A stretch of 52,142 nt of DNA, from assembly GCA_944373095.1 (NCBI GenBank), contig CALWAK010000002.1, positions 1 through 52,142 of the forward strand, given 5' to 3'. How positions within the stretch are numbered: position 1 is the first letter of the stretch; each line of letters opens with the position of its first letter. Position numbers and translations under genes: made by a program. This document shows, piece after piece, positions 28,533-38,036 of the stretch. A model generated the notes under the pieces. That model did no database searches and was not told the DNA's origin. It worked only from the letters and a program-made list of their open reading frames with translations. This DNA comes from an uncultured Bacilli bacterium (GTDB lineage: Bacteria; Bacillota_I; Bacilli_A; RF39; UBA660).

Positions 28533-29580
28533 CTAATAATTTTAAACGTTGATCCTCTGTTATAAGTGCTTCTATTATTGGGTCTAAATTCCCTTCCATT
28601 ACCCTATCTAATTCCATTATTGAAAAATTGATACGATGATCTGTTATTCTATTTTGTGGATAATTATAAGTCCTTATTTTTTCAGATCTATCCCCAGTTC
28701 CGATTTTATTCTTTCTGGTTGCTCCAACCTCATTTTCTCTTTTTTCTATAGCTGCTTCATGTAGTTTTGTTGCTAACATTTTCATAGCTTTTTCTTTATT
28801 TTTTAACTGTGAACGTTCAATTTGACAAGTTACAATTGTATTAGTTGGAACATGAGTTATACGAACAGCAGAATTTGATGTATTAACAGACTGACCACCG
28901 GCACCACTACTATGGTACACATCAATTTTTAAATCACTTTCTCTAATTTCTACTTCTTCAACATTTACTTCTGGCATTACTAATACAGTTGCAGTTGAAG
29001 TATGTACACGTCCTTGCGTCTCCGTTACAGGAACCCTTTGAACACGATGAGAACCACTTTCAAATTTTAATTTTGAATATACATTTTCACCTTTTATCAT
29101 AAATTCAATTTGGGAATAACCACCAGCTGTACCTTCTACTTCATGAAGAACTTCAATTTTCCAATTTTGTTTTTCAGCATACTTTGAGTACATTCTATAT
29201 AAATCCCCAGCAAAGATATTAGCCTCATCTCCACCTGCTGCACCTCTTATTTCCATAATAATGTTTTTATCATCATTAGGATCTTTAGGTATTAACATTA
29301 ATTCTAATTCACGTTCTAATTTTTCTTTTTTAACTATAGAACTATTTAATTCTTCTTCAGCTAATTCTTTTAAATCAGGATCACTCATCATTTTCTTTGC
29401 TTCTTCAATAGTATTTTCACAATCTAAATATTCTTTATATTTTATTACAATATCCTCTAAATCTTTTTGCTCTTTTGATAATGTCTTTAATCTATTGTAA
29501 TCAGTTAAAACTTCTGGCTTTGTTAATAATTTACTTAATTCGTTATATTTAGTTATTATTGTTTCTAATCTCTCTTTCAT
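28525..29580 (-). CDS. prfA: Peptide chain release factor 1
   Basis: RVQRVPVTETQGRVHTS (PxT), SSGAGGQSVNT (GGQ). Start taken at the MKERLETI methionine. Confidence 0.96.
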   Translation of the reverse strand: MKERLETIITKYNELSKLLTKPEVLTDYNRLKTLSKEQKDLEDIVIKYKEYLDCENTIEEAKKMMSDPDLKELAEEELNSSIVKKEKLERELELMLIPKDPNDDKNIIMEIRGAAGGDEANIFAGDLYRMYSKYAEKQNWKIEVLHEVEGTAGGYSQIEFMIKGENVYSKLKFESGSHRVQRVPVTETQGRVHTSTATVLVMPEVNVEEVEIRESDLKIDVYHSSGAGGQSVNTSNSAVRITHVPTNTIVTCQIERSQLKNKEKAMKMLATKLHEAAIEKRENEVGATRKNKIGTGDRSEKIRTYNYPQNRITDHRINFSIMELDRVMEGNLDPIIEALITEDQRLKLLGE

Positions 29581-29655
29581 AGTAATTCCTTTCACTAATA
29601 TTATATATTATAATTATTTAAAAATAAACTTAGTATTTATAAAAGAAAAAAGCAT

Positions 29656-30096
29656 TTATATGCTCACATTTTCCTCATCATTATCATCAGTTACTATGAC
29701 CAAATCTTTTAAATCATCATCAGGCTCATCATCAGTTTCTTCACCTTCATAGAAAATATCTTCTTCATCCATATTTTCTTCTTCATCTTCTTCTATTTCT
29801 TCTGGATCTATATCTTCTTCTTCATCTTCTTCTATAACAACTTTAGATTGATGACGAGATTTTAAATCCCAAAATCCTTTTTCTAACATTATGAATCTTT
29901 GATCTGTGGACAGCATTTGAAAGAAATCAGCAATTTTAGCTTCATATTCACTTTGACTCAATCCAAGTAAATTACAAACTTCTTGAAATAAATCAGTTAT
30001 TTTAGTTTTTGTGCCTGATTCTTCTAATAGATAATACGCTATATCATCATAACTTAATGATTCTAATTCTTCTTTAGACATTTCATTTATTTTCAT
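29656..30096 (-). CDS. rpoE: DNA-directed RNA polymerase delta subunit
   Basis: N-terminal HARE-HTH-like domain (LSYDDIAYYLLEE ... DQRFIMLEKGFWDLK) followed by a long D/E-rich tail. AGGAGG RBS. Confidence 0.85.
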   Translation of the reverse strand: MKINEMSKEELESLSYDDIAYYLLEESGTKTKITDLFQEVCNLLGLSQSEYEAKIADFFQMLSTDQRFIMLEKGFWDLKSRHQSKVVIEEDEEEDIDPEEIEEDEEENMDEEDIFYEGEETDDEPDDDLKDLVIVTDDNDEENVSI

Positions 30097-30105
30097 AATT
30101 TCCTC

Positions 30106-31716
30106 CTACATTTTTTCTGGCGGTATTACACCAATTAAATTTAATGCATTAGCTAAAGTTATTTTAACTGCTAAAATCATATTCAAATTTTCATTTGTTA
30201 TTTCTTCATTATCAGTTATTATTCTATTTTTAGAATAATATGTATGAAATGCTTCTGCCAAATCATAAACATAATTAGTTATCAAATGTGGTAGTTCCTT
30301 TACCGCAGCATTTTCTACAACTTCTTTAAATTTATAAACTTCTTCTAAAACATTATATGCATCTTCATTATTTATGGTTGTATAATTTAAAACAGGGTTT
30401 ATTTTAGGAGCTTGTTTTAAAACATTACAAATTCTTGCATAAGCATAACTTACATAGTATACTGGATTTTCATTTGATTTTTTTGTTGCTAAATCTAAAT
30501 CAAAATCCATTTGAGTATCTAACGAATGCATACAAAAGAAATACCTTGCAGCATTTACACCTACTATATCTATTAATTCTTGCAAAGAAACTATTTTACC
30601 TGTTCTTTTACTCATTTTAATCTCTTCACCATTTGCTATTAATTTAACAAGTTGTAATAGTTTAACGTCTAAAATATTATCATTATAACCTAGCGCTTTT
30701 AAAGCTCCCTTTAGTCTTGCCACATATCCATGATGATCAGTTCCAAAAACATCGATTAAATGATCATACCCACGATGCATTTTATCTATATGATATGCAA
30801 TATCTGGTACTAAATATGTATAATTTCCATCATTTTTAACTAACACATGGTCTTTATTATCACCTAACATACTTGATTTTAACCAAATAGCATCATCTTC
30901 TTTATACGTATAACCACTTTTTGTTAATTTATCAATCACTTCATTTAAAGGGTGTTTTATATAAATAGATTTCTCACTAGTATAAACATCATATTTAATA
31001 CGATAGTCTGCTAATACTTTTTTAATTTTATCTAATAATATATTTGTTCCCAAATCTTTAAAATATTCTAAAGATTTATCAAGTAAAGTATCTCCATATT
31101 TATCAAATAAATCATTTGCAATAATAACTATTTCATTACCATGATAACCATTTTCAGGAATTTCTGTTGGTATTCCACAAATCGTTTTATATCTTGCAAA
31201 AATTGATAAACCTAAATTGTTTATTTGATTACCAGCATCATTTATATAATATTCTTCCGTTACATCATACCCAGAAAATCTTAATATTCTTGCTAGTGAA
31301 TCTCCATATGCTCCACCTCTAGCGTTTCCTAAATGTAAAATACCAGTGGGATTTGCACTTACAAATTCAATATTATATCTTTTATTTTTACCAATATTAT
31401 TTCGACCATAATTCTTATCTTCTTTAATAACTGTATTTATATTTTCTAATAAATATGATTTATCAACGAAGAAATTTATAAATCCTGGTTTAGCTATTTC
31501 TACTTTTAAAAATATACTATCGTTAATATTAGTGGCAATATCCTTAGCAATACTCATAGGATCTTTTTTTAATATACTAGTTAATTTTAGTGCAATATTG
31601 GTAGAATAATCACCATTTTCTTTTTTAGCTGGTTTTAAAATATCAATATCATTTTTATATTCAATACCATTTTTTTCTAAAACACTTCTAATTATTTCTC
31701 TTATCTTTTCTTTCAT
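30106..31716 (-). CDS. argS: Arginine--tRNA ligase
   Basis: FVSANPTGILHLGNARG (HIGH region), MSKRTG (KMSK), DALR-type C-terminal anticodon-binding domain. Confidence 0.96.
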   Translation of the reverse strand: MKEKIREIIRSVLEKNGIEYKNDIDILKPAKKENGDYSTNIALKLTSILKKDPMSIAKDIATNINDSIFLKVEIAKPGFINFFVDKSYLLENINTVIKEDKNYGRNNIGKNKRYNIEFVSANPTGILHLGNARGGAYGDSLARILRFSGYDVTEEYYINDAGNQINNLGLSIFARYKTICGIPTEIPENGYHGNEIVIIANDLFDKYGDTLLDKSLEYFKDLGTNILLDKIKKVLADYRIKYDVYTSEKSIYIKHPLNEVIDKLTKSGYTYKEDDAIWLKSSMLGDNKDHVLVKNDGNYTYLVPDIAYHIDKMHRGYDHLIDVFGTDHHGYVARLKGALKALGYNDNILDVKLLQLVKLIANGEEIKMSKRTGKIVSLQELIDIVGVNAARYFFCMHSLDTQMDFDLDLATKKSNENPVYYVSYAYARICNVLKQAPKINPVLNYTTINNEDAYNVLEEVYKFKEVVENAAVKELPHLITNYVYDLAEAFHTYYSKNRIITDNEEITNENLNMILAVKITLANALNLIGVIPPEKM

Positions 31717-31724
31717 AAAATCAC

Positions 31725-32081
31725 CTATTTAAAGTTAATTTCCAATGTAGTTAGAAAATCATCTGTTTCAATTTGATAATTAATAAAGAGTTTATTATCT
31801 TCTAATTTATAATCAGCGTAATCTACATCTATCAAAAAACTAGAATTTGTCTCTTTTAATAAATAATTACAATTATTTTTTAATGAAGATATATTTAAAG
31901 TAAATAAAAATTCATTATTTTCTCTTCTTAAAATTAATTCATCATTCTTAATTTCTACTGAAGTTATAATATCATCAAGAATAAACTCTTTTAATGTATC
32001 TTTTATAAAAAAAGGAACATCAGATTTAGTAAAAATTACATTATTATTTTTTAACATTTTAATTTGTAATTTATTATCCAA
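31725..32081 (-). CDS. DUF1934 (YwiB-like) beta-barrel protein, typical upstream partner of argS
   Basis: Size, position immediately upstream of argS, and repetitive beta-strand composition. The family call rests mainly on synteny. Confidence 0.55.
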   Translation of the reverse strand: MDNKLQIKMLKNNNVIFTKSDVPFFIKDTLKEFILDDIITSVEIKNDELILRRENNEFLFTLNISSLKNNCNYLLKETNSSFLIDVDYADYKLEDNKLFINYQIETDDFLTTLEINFK

Positions 32082-32181
32082 TTATAATTCCTCCTTTTTT
32101 TCTAGAACATTATAACATAGCATTTCTAAATTGACTACATAATTTATTACATTTTTTACATAATAAAAAAAGGTGGTTATT

Positions 32182-34131
32182 TTGAAAGCTATTAAAAGAT
32201 TATTTAAGCTAAGTATCATACTTTTTATTATAGTTATACTTGGGATTTGTGGAGTTTATACATTAGCCTATTTTAGTCCTATTTTAGATATTCGTAATAC
32301 TGGACAATATTATATATATGATATAAATAAAAATTTAGTATATCAAGGTAGTGGCAATACTAAATGGGTTTCTCTTGAAGATGTTTCACCATATTTTTTA
32401 AATGCTATAATAAGTATCGAAGATAAAAACTTTTATAATCATAATGGATTTGATTACTTAAGAATTGCAAAAACTTTATTTAATAATTTTGTTTCCGGAG
32501 AAATACAAGGTGGTGCTTCTACCATATCACAACAATATGTTAAAAATTTATATTTAGACTTTGATAAAAAGTGGGAGCGAAAAATTGAAGAAGCATGGCT
32601 TACTTTAAAATTAGAAGTTCATTACGATAAAGAAGATATTTTAGAAGGATATATAAATACAATTAATTTTGGACAAGGTAACTTTGGAATTGCCTCAGCT
32701 GCTGAATACTATTTTAATAAAAATTGTAAAGATTTAACTTTAGAAGAATCAATTATTTTAGCTGGAATTCCTAAAAGTCCTGAATATTTCAATCCAGTAA
32801 GTAGTTATGAAGACTCTATAGATAGAGCAAAATTGGTTGCTAAAGCTATGGTTAATAATGGATATATAACGGAAGATGAAAAAAATAACCTATTTATTAA
32901 TAAATTAGATATATATGGTAAAACTGGAGAAAATAATTTAAATACTTTAATGTATTATGAGACAGTAGTAAAACAAGAATTAGATAATTTAAATATTCCT
33001 AAATCTTTAATAGAAACTGGAGGTTTAAAAATTTATACATCTCTCGATATGGAATTACAAACTTTATTAGAAAAAAATATAAATGAATATATGCCAGATA
33101 ATGAAATGCAAGTAGCTAGTATCATAATCAATCCTCAAAATGGCAATATAATGGCCTTAGCTGGAGGAAAAGATTATGCCATTAGTCAATATAACCGTGC
33201 TATATCATCAAAACGACAAGTAGGTAGTACAATGAAACCTCTTCTTTATTATGCTGCTTTAGAAAATGGTATGACATCATCATCTAGATTTTTAAGTGAA
33301 CAAACAACTTTTGTTTTTTCAGATAATGATTCTTATTCACCACAAAATTTTAATCAAAAATACGCTAATAAAGAAATATCTATGGCAGCAGCTTTAAGCT
33401 ATAGTGATAATATTTATGCAGTTAAAACGCATTTATTTTTGGGTGAAGAAGTACTAGTTAATACTGCTAAAAGAATGGGAATTAATGAAGAATTACCTTC
33501 TATTGCATCTTTACCACTTGGTACTGTAGAACTTTCCATGTTAGATTTTGCTAATGCTTACACAACTCTTGCTAGTAATGGTTATAAAAGAGAACTATCT
33601 ACTATAGTTAAAGTTACCGATATGCAAGGAAACACGTTATATGAAAAGAAAGATAATAATGAACAGGTTTTGAACTCAAGTTATACTTTTATTTTAAATG
33701 AATTACTTACTGCTACATACAATTCTGCTTTTATAGATTATAACAATCCTACTATTATAAGTTTAGGTTCTAGAATTAGTAGAAAATATGCAATGAAAAC
33801 TGGTTCAACAGGTACAGACTGTTGGATGATAGGATATAATCCCGATATTCTAATGTTAGTTTGGAATGGCTATGATGATAATAAAGAAATGGAAGTAGCA
33901 GATGGAAATATTTCTAAAGAAATTTGGGTAAACACAGTTGAAGAATATTTAAAAGAAAAAGAACCAAATTGGTATGAAATACCTAATAATGTTATAGGTA
34001 TTCCACTTGATGCAGTTACTGGCTTAGAAATAAAGGATGAGAAAAAAGTTTTTATTTATTACTATATTAAAGGTAGCCAATACGTAAATCAAGATGAAAT
34101 TGATAAAGAAAAAATAACTACTAAAGAGTAG
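32182..34131 (+). CDS. Class A penicillin-binding protein (GT51 transglycosylase plus transpeptidase)
   Basis: SIEDKNFYNHNGFD, GASTISQQYVKN, RKIEE (GT51). GSTMKP (SxxK), SYSDN-like SxN, KTGST (KTG). The TTG at 32182 sits 6 nt after AAAGGTGG; the track ORF starts at GTG 32173. Confidence 0.92.
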   Translation: MKAIKRLFKLSIILFIIVILGICGVYTLAYFSPILDIRNTGQYYIYDINKNLVYQGSGNTKWVSLEDVSPYFLNAIISIEDKNFYNHNGFDYLRIAKTLFNNFVSGEIQGGASTISQQYVKNLYLDFDKKWERKIEEAWLTLKLEVHYDKEDILEGYINTINFGQGNFGIASAAEYYFNKNCKDLTLEESIILAGIPKSPEYFNPVSSYEDSIDRAKLVAKAMVNNGYITEDEKNNLFINKLDIYGKTGENNLNTLMYYETVVKQELDNLNIPKSLIETGGLKIYTSLDMELQTLLEKNINEYMPDNEMQVASIIINPQNGNIMALAGGKDYAISQYNRAISSKRQVGSTMKPLLYYAALENGMTSSSRFLSEQTTFVFSDNDSYSPQNFNQKYANKEISMAAALSYSDNIYAVKTHLFLGEEVLVNTAKRMGINEELPSIASLPLGTVELSMLDFANAYTTLASNGYKRELSTIVKVTDMQGNTLYEKKDNNEQVLNSSYTFILNELLTATYNSAFIDYNNPTIISLGSRISRKYAMKTGSTGTDCWMIGYNPDILMLVWNGYDDNKEMEVADGNISKEIWVNTVEEYLKEKEPNWYEIPNNVIGIPLDAVTGLEIKDEKKVFIYYYIKGSQYVNQDEIDKEKITTKE

Positions 34132-35391
34132 CTATTCAATATTTATTATAATTTGATGAGAATTTCCATTAGCATTCTCTTCAAAAGAAACATTTATACC
34201 ATCATTTTTTAGTTTTTCAATTAATCCTTTAATTTCATTCATTGCATTTAGTATTTTTGAATTATCATCTTTGATAACCATTTCATCTATAAGTTGCATA
34301 GGATCAAAATCATTATTTTTCTTCTCAATCTTTTGTTCTTCTTGTTCACTTGGTGAAGTAGTAAAGAATTTATTATTAGGATTTAATTCAATTGGAGAGT
34401 CACCAAAATCTAATGTTTCATACTCTTCAATATTTTTTTTATCTTCTTTTAATTCTTCACCTATTATTTCCATTTCTTTTTTTGGATAAGTTGGAGGTAA
34501 ACTAGTATCTAAAGTTTCATAATTATTTGAAGATTCTATTGTAAAATTTTCAAAATTATTAAAAAATTTATTAGATTGAGGAGCTGGAATATCTTCTATA
34601 GGTGTTGATTCTATAAAACTAGGTTGTTTATCAATTTTTTCACTGCTATAATCAGTTAATACATCCTCTGGCACCATCATTGTAGAAACATTATTTGTTT
34701 TACTACTATTTAAATCAAAGGCATTTTCTTTTATACTTTCTAAATTAGGATTTATATTTACTAAAGGAATGTTTGTTTCTTCATTTTTTTCTCTATATTT
34801 TTTTAATTCTTGATCTAATTGTCTAACAGTTAATCTATTAGTTATTATTTTATTTAACCATTTTACTTGTTCATCATGATTTTCTAAAATCAGTAACGCT
34901 CTTGCATGTCTTTCAGATATTTTTCCTTCCAATAACGCTTGTTGTACTTCATCAGCTAAATTTAATAATCTTAATTTATTAGCAATTGCTGATTGTGATA
35001 TACCCATCTTTTTGGCTAATTTTTCTTGGGTTAAATAGCCTTTATCAAGAAGATTCTTGTAACTTTTAGCTTCCTCAATTGGTGTTAAATCTCTTCTTTG
35101 AATATTTTCTACAAGAGCAACTTCAGCTGACGAATTATCGTCTATATTTGAAATAACAGCAGGTACTGTAGATAACCCAGCCATTTGTGCCGCTTTATAT
35201 CTTCTTTCTCCAGCAATAATTTCATATTTACTCCCTAATTTTCTCAATACCAAAGGCTGAATTATACCATGTTCTTTTATTGACGCTGATAATTCTTTCA
35301 ATCCTTGTTCATCAAACGCTAATCTTGGTTGAAAACGATTAGGTATGATATCATCTATATTAACTTGTAAAACTTGAGATTCCATTTGCAT
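34132..35391 (-). CDS. parB: ParB/Spo0J-family chromosome partitioning protein with an unusually long low-complexity linker
   Basis: IIPNRFQPR, QPLVLRK, IIAGERRYKAAQMAG (CTP-binding GERR box), HTH TQEKLAKKMGISQSAIANKLRLL. Then a roughly 180-aa N/E/K/P/S-rich insert, then a C-terminal block GINVSFEENANGNSHQIIINIE. Confidence 0.88.
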   Translation of the reverse strand: MQMESQVLQVNIDDIIPNRFQPRLAFDEQGLKELSASIKEHGIIQPLVLRKLGSKYEIIAGERRYKAAQMAGLSTVPAVISNIDDNSSAEVALVENIQRRDLTPIEEAKSYKNLLDKGYLTQEKLAKKMGISQSAIANKLRLLNLADEVQQALLEGKISERHARALLILENHDEQVKWLNKIITNRLTVRQLDQELKKYREKNEETNIPLVNINPNLESIKENAFDLNSSKTNNVSTMMVPEDVLTDYSSEKIDKQPSFIESTPIEDIPAPQSNKFFNNFENFTIESSNNYETLDTSLPPTYPKKEMEIIGEELKEDKKNIEEYETLDFGDSPIELNPNNKFFTTSPSEQEEQKIEKKNNDFDPMQLIDEMVIKDDNSKILNAMNEIKGLIEKLKNDGINVSFEENANGNSHQIIINIE

Positions 35392-35465
35392 AATTCACGT
35401 CCCCTTTATTATAATTACAATACAATGATAACTTATATTTACAATTTTTGCAACTTAAAAGATAT

Positions 35466-36170
35466 TTAATTTTTTAAATCCTTTAATATTTTACTATAAC
35501 TTCTAGGGTATTTATCATTTGATTTTTTTTCTTTTTTAATAATTAATATTGTTCTTTTATGATTATTTATTGGCAAGTTAAAATTAATTACATTAATAAC
35601 TTTACTAGATAAACATGTTAAAATTTTTTTACTTGCTTTCAATTCTTCTACTACTTCGGCCTTTAATGGAATGAAAAATCCATTTACTTTTAAAAATGGA
35701 ATTGCTAATTCAGATAATATTCTTAAATCTGCAACAGCTCGACTTGTAACAACATCATATTCTTCACGATGATTTTTTATATAATTTTCCGCTCTTTCAT
35801 TAATTAAAGTCACTTTAATATCTAATTTTTTTGATAAACATTCTAAAAACTTTAGTTTTTTATTATTAGAATCTAAAAGTGTCATATTTAAATTTGGAAA
35901 AATTATTTTTAATACCATTCCTGGAAATCCAGCACCAGTACCTATGTCTAAAATATTATTCACTTTATTTAAATCTATTGCTTTTACAATTGTAATTGAA
36001 TCATAAAAATGTTTTAAATAAACTTCTTCTTTAGTTTTTATAGCTGTTAAATTAGTAGTTTTATTATACTCTAGTAAATAATCACAGTATAAATTTAATT
36101 TATTTAAAATTTCAGGGGTAGGATTTATACCTAAATTTTTTAATTCAATAATAAATTCATTTTCACTCAT
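35466..36170 (-). CDS. rsmG: 16S rRNA (guanine527-N7)-methyltransferase RsmG (GidB)
   Basis: LDIGTGAGFPGMVLKI ... SRAVA. Conserved position after mnmG. Confidence 0.93.
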   Translation of the reverse strand: MSENEFIIELKNLGINPTPEILNKLNLYCDYLLEYNKTTNLTAIKTKEEVYLKHFYDSITIVKAIDLNKVNNILDIGTGAGFPGMVLKIIFPNLNMTLLDSNNKKLKFLECLSKKLDIKVTLINERAENYIKNHREEYDVVTSRAVADLRILSELAIPFLKVNGFFIPLKAEVVEELKASKKILTCLSSKVINVINFNLPINNHKRTILIIKKEKKSNDKYPRSYSKILKDLKN

Positions 36171-38028
36171 TATTATTATACTCCTTTTTTAAATAAACTG
36201 CTAAAATTGAAATATCAGATGGATTAACTCCACTAATTCTAGCGGCTTGGGCTATTGATATAGGTCTAATTTTTTTCAATTTTTGACGAGCTTCACTAGC
36301 CAAATTTTTAATTTTATCGTAATCAATATCACTTGGGATTTCCTTTTGCTCTAATTTAAGCATCTTCTCTATTTCTTTGTAAGTTTTTGTAATATAGCCT
36401 TCATATTTTACTTGAATTTCTACTTCCTCTTTTATTTCAGGAGGATAATTTATTTCAATAATTTTTGATAAGAATTCCATATCTATTTGAGGTCTTTTTA
36501 ATAAATCAAATAAACATAATGTTGTAGAAGGTAAATCTTTTTCATTTTCTTCAAATATTTTTTTAATTTCAGAATTTATTTTTACTTTGTTCTTAATTAA
36601 AAAATTTGTTAAATTTTCTATTTCTTGTTGCTTTTCTAATAACTTTTTATATTGCTCTTCTGTATTTGTCCCAACTTTATATGCTATTGGACGTAATCTT
36701 AAATCAGCATTGTCATGTCTTAATATAAGACGATATTCTGCTCGTGAAGTTAACATTCTATATGGTTCATTTGTTCCTTTAGTTACTAAATCATCGATTA
36801 ATACCCCTATATAAGCATCACTTCTCTTTAAAATCAATGGGTCTTTTTTCTCTAATTTTAATGATGCATTAATACCTGCAATTAATCCTTGACCAGCTGC
36901 TTCTTCGTATCCGCTTGTTCCATTTATTTGCCCAGCTGTATAAATACCTTCAACAATTTTAGATTCTAATGACGGCTTAATTTGTAATGGATCAATAGCA
37001 TCATATTCAATTGCATAGGCATATTTATTTATAATAGCATTTTCTAACCCTGGTAAACTATGTACCATTTTATCTTGAATATCATGAGGCATTGATGTTG
37101 AAAAGCCTTGTAAATACCAATCATCATAATACAAAGATTCTGGTTCTAAAAAAAGTTGATGTTTATCTTTATCATTAAAACGTACTACTTTATCTTCTAT
37201 TGATGGACAATAACGAGGCCCTATTCCCTCTACATATCCACCATACATACTTGATTTATTTAAATTGGTTTCAATGATTTTTTTTGTCTCTGCTGTAGTA
37301 TAAATTAAATAACATTTTTGTTGTTCATTTATTTTATATGTTGGAGGATAATCATGTGAAAAACTCCATAATTTATTATCTCCTGTTTCTACTTGCATTT
37401 TTGAAAAATCTATTGAAGAAGCTGCTATTCTTTGGGGAGTACCAGTTTTTAATCGTTGCATTTTAAAACCATTCTTTTTTAAATTATCGCTTAAATATAA
37501 TGCACTTCTTTCACCATGAGGACCACTTATAGTCTTATCTGCCCCACATAATATATTTGCTTTTAAATAAGTTCCAGTAGTTAATATTAAAGCATCGCAA
37601 TAATAAATGTCTTTATTTTCTAAAATTATGCCTTTTATCTTATTATTATCAACAATTATATCATCTACCATTGCTTCTATTATATCTAAATTTGATAAAG
37701 AAGACAGTTCTTTTAGCATTTCTTTTGGATAAGTGACTTTATCTGCTTGTGCTCGTAAAGCTTGAACTGCTGGCCCTTTACCACTATTTAGCATCTTTAT
37801 TTGAAAATGCGCTCTATCAGTTACTCTTCCCATTAAGCCACCTAACGCATCTATCTCTCTAACAATTATACCTTTTGCTGTTCCTCCAATTGATGGATTG
37901 CATGGCATATCAGCAATATTTTTTTTATTAATTGTAATAAGCGCTGTTTTATGGCCTTTAAATGCAGCAATATGAGCTGCTTCACACCCAGCATGACCGC
38001 CACCTACAACAATTACTTCGTACTTCAT
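36163..38028 (-). CDS. mnmG: tRNA uridine 5-carboxymethylaminomethyl modification enzyme MnmG (GidA)
   Basis: YEVIVVGGGHAGCEAA, NPSIGGTAKG, GPRYCPSIEDK, QINGTSGYEEAAGQG. Start at M9 of the track ORF, preceded by AGGTGA. Confidence 0.96.
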   Translation of the reverse strand: MKYEVIVVGGGHAGCEAAHIAAFKGHKTALITINKKNIADMPCNPSIGGTAKGIIVREIDALGGLMGRVTDRAHFQIKMLNSGKGPAVQALRAQADKVTYPKEMLKELSSLSNLDIIEAMVDDIIVDNNKIKGIILENKDIYYCDALILTTGTYLKANILCGADKTISGPHGERSALYLSDNLKKNGFKMQRLKTGTPQRIAASSIDFSKMQVETGDNKLWSFSHDYPPTYKINEQQKCYLIYTTAETKKIIETNLNKSSMYGGYVEGIGPRYCPSIEDKVVRFNDKDKHQLFLEPESLYYDDWYLQGFSTSMPHDIQDKMVHSLPGLENAIINKYAYAIEYDAIDPLQIKPSLESKIVEGIYTAGQINGTSGYEEAAGQGLIAGINASLKLEKKDPLILKRSDAYIGVLIDDLVTKGTNEPYRMLTSRAEYRLILRHDNADLRLRPIAYKVGTNTEEQYKKLLEKQQEIENLTNFLIKNKVKINSEIKKIFEENEKDLPSTTLCLFDLLKRPQIDMEFLSKIIEINYPPEIKEEVEIQVKYEGYITKTYKEIEKMLKLEQKEIPSDIDYDKIKNLASEARQKLKKIRPISIAQAARISGVNPSDISILAVYLKKEYNNNE

Positions 38029-38036
38029 CTTATCAC

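Noticed and set aside
32082-32172. Looked for a T-box leader for argS, and for a yybP-ykoY Mn riboswitch upstream of the mntP-like gene (27231-27243)
   Set aside because: The intergenic spaces are 91 bp and 13 bp. Both are too short, and no specifier or T-box or riboswitch core sequences are visible.
34132-35465. Looked for a parS site inside or just upstream of parB, as in B. subtilis spo0J
   Set aside because: No CACGTG-centred parS-like sequence was seen. The nearest resemblance (TTCACGTCC at about 35394-35402) lacks the second half-site.
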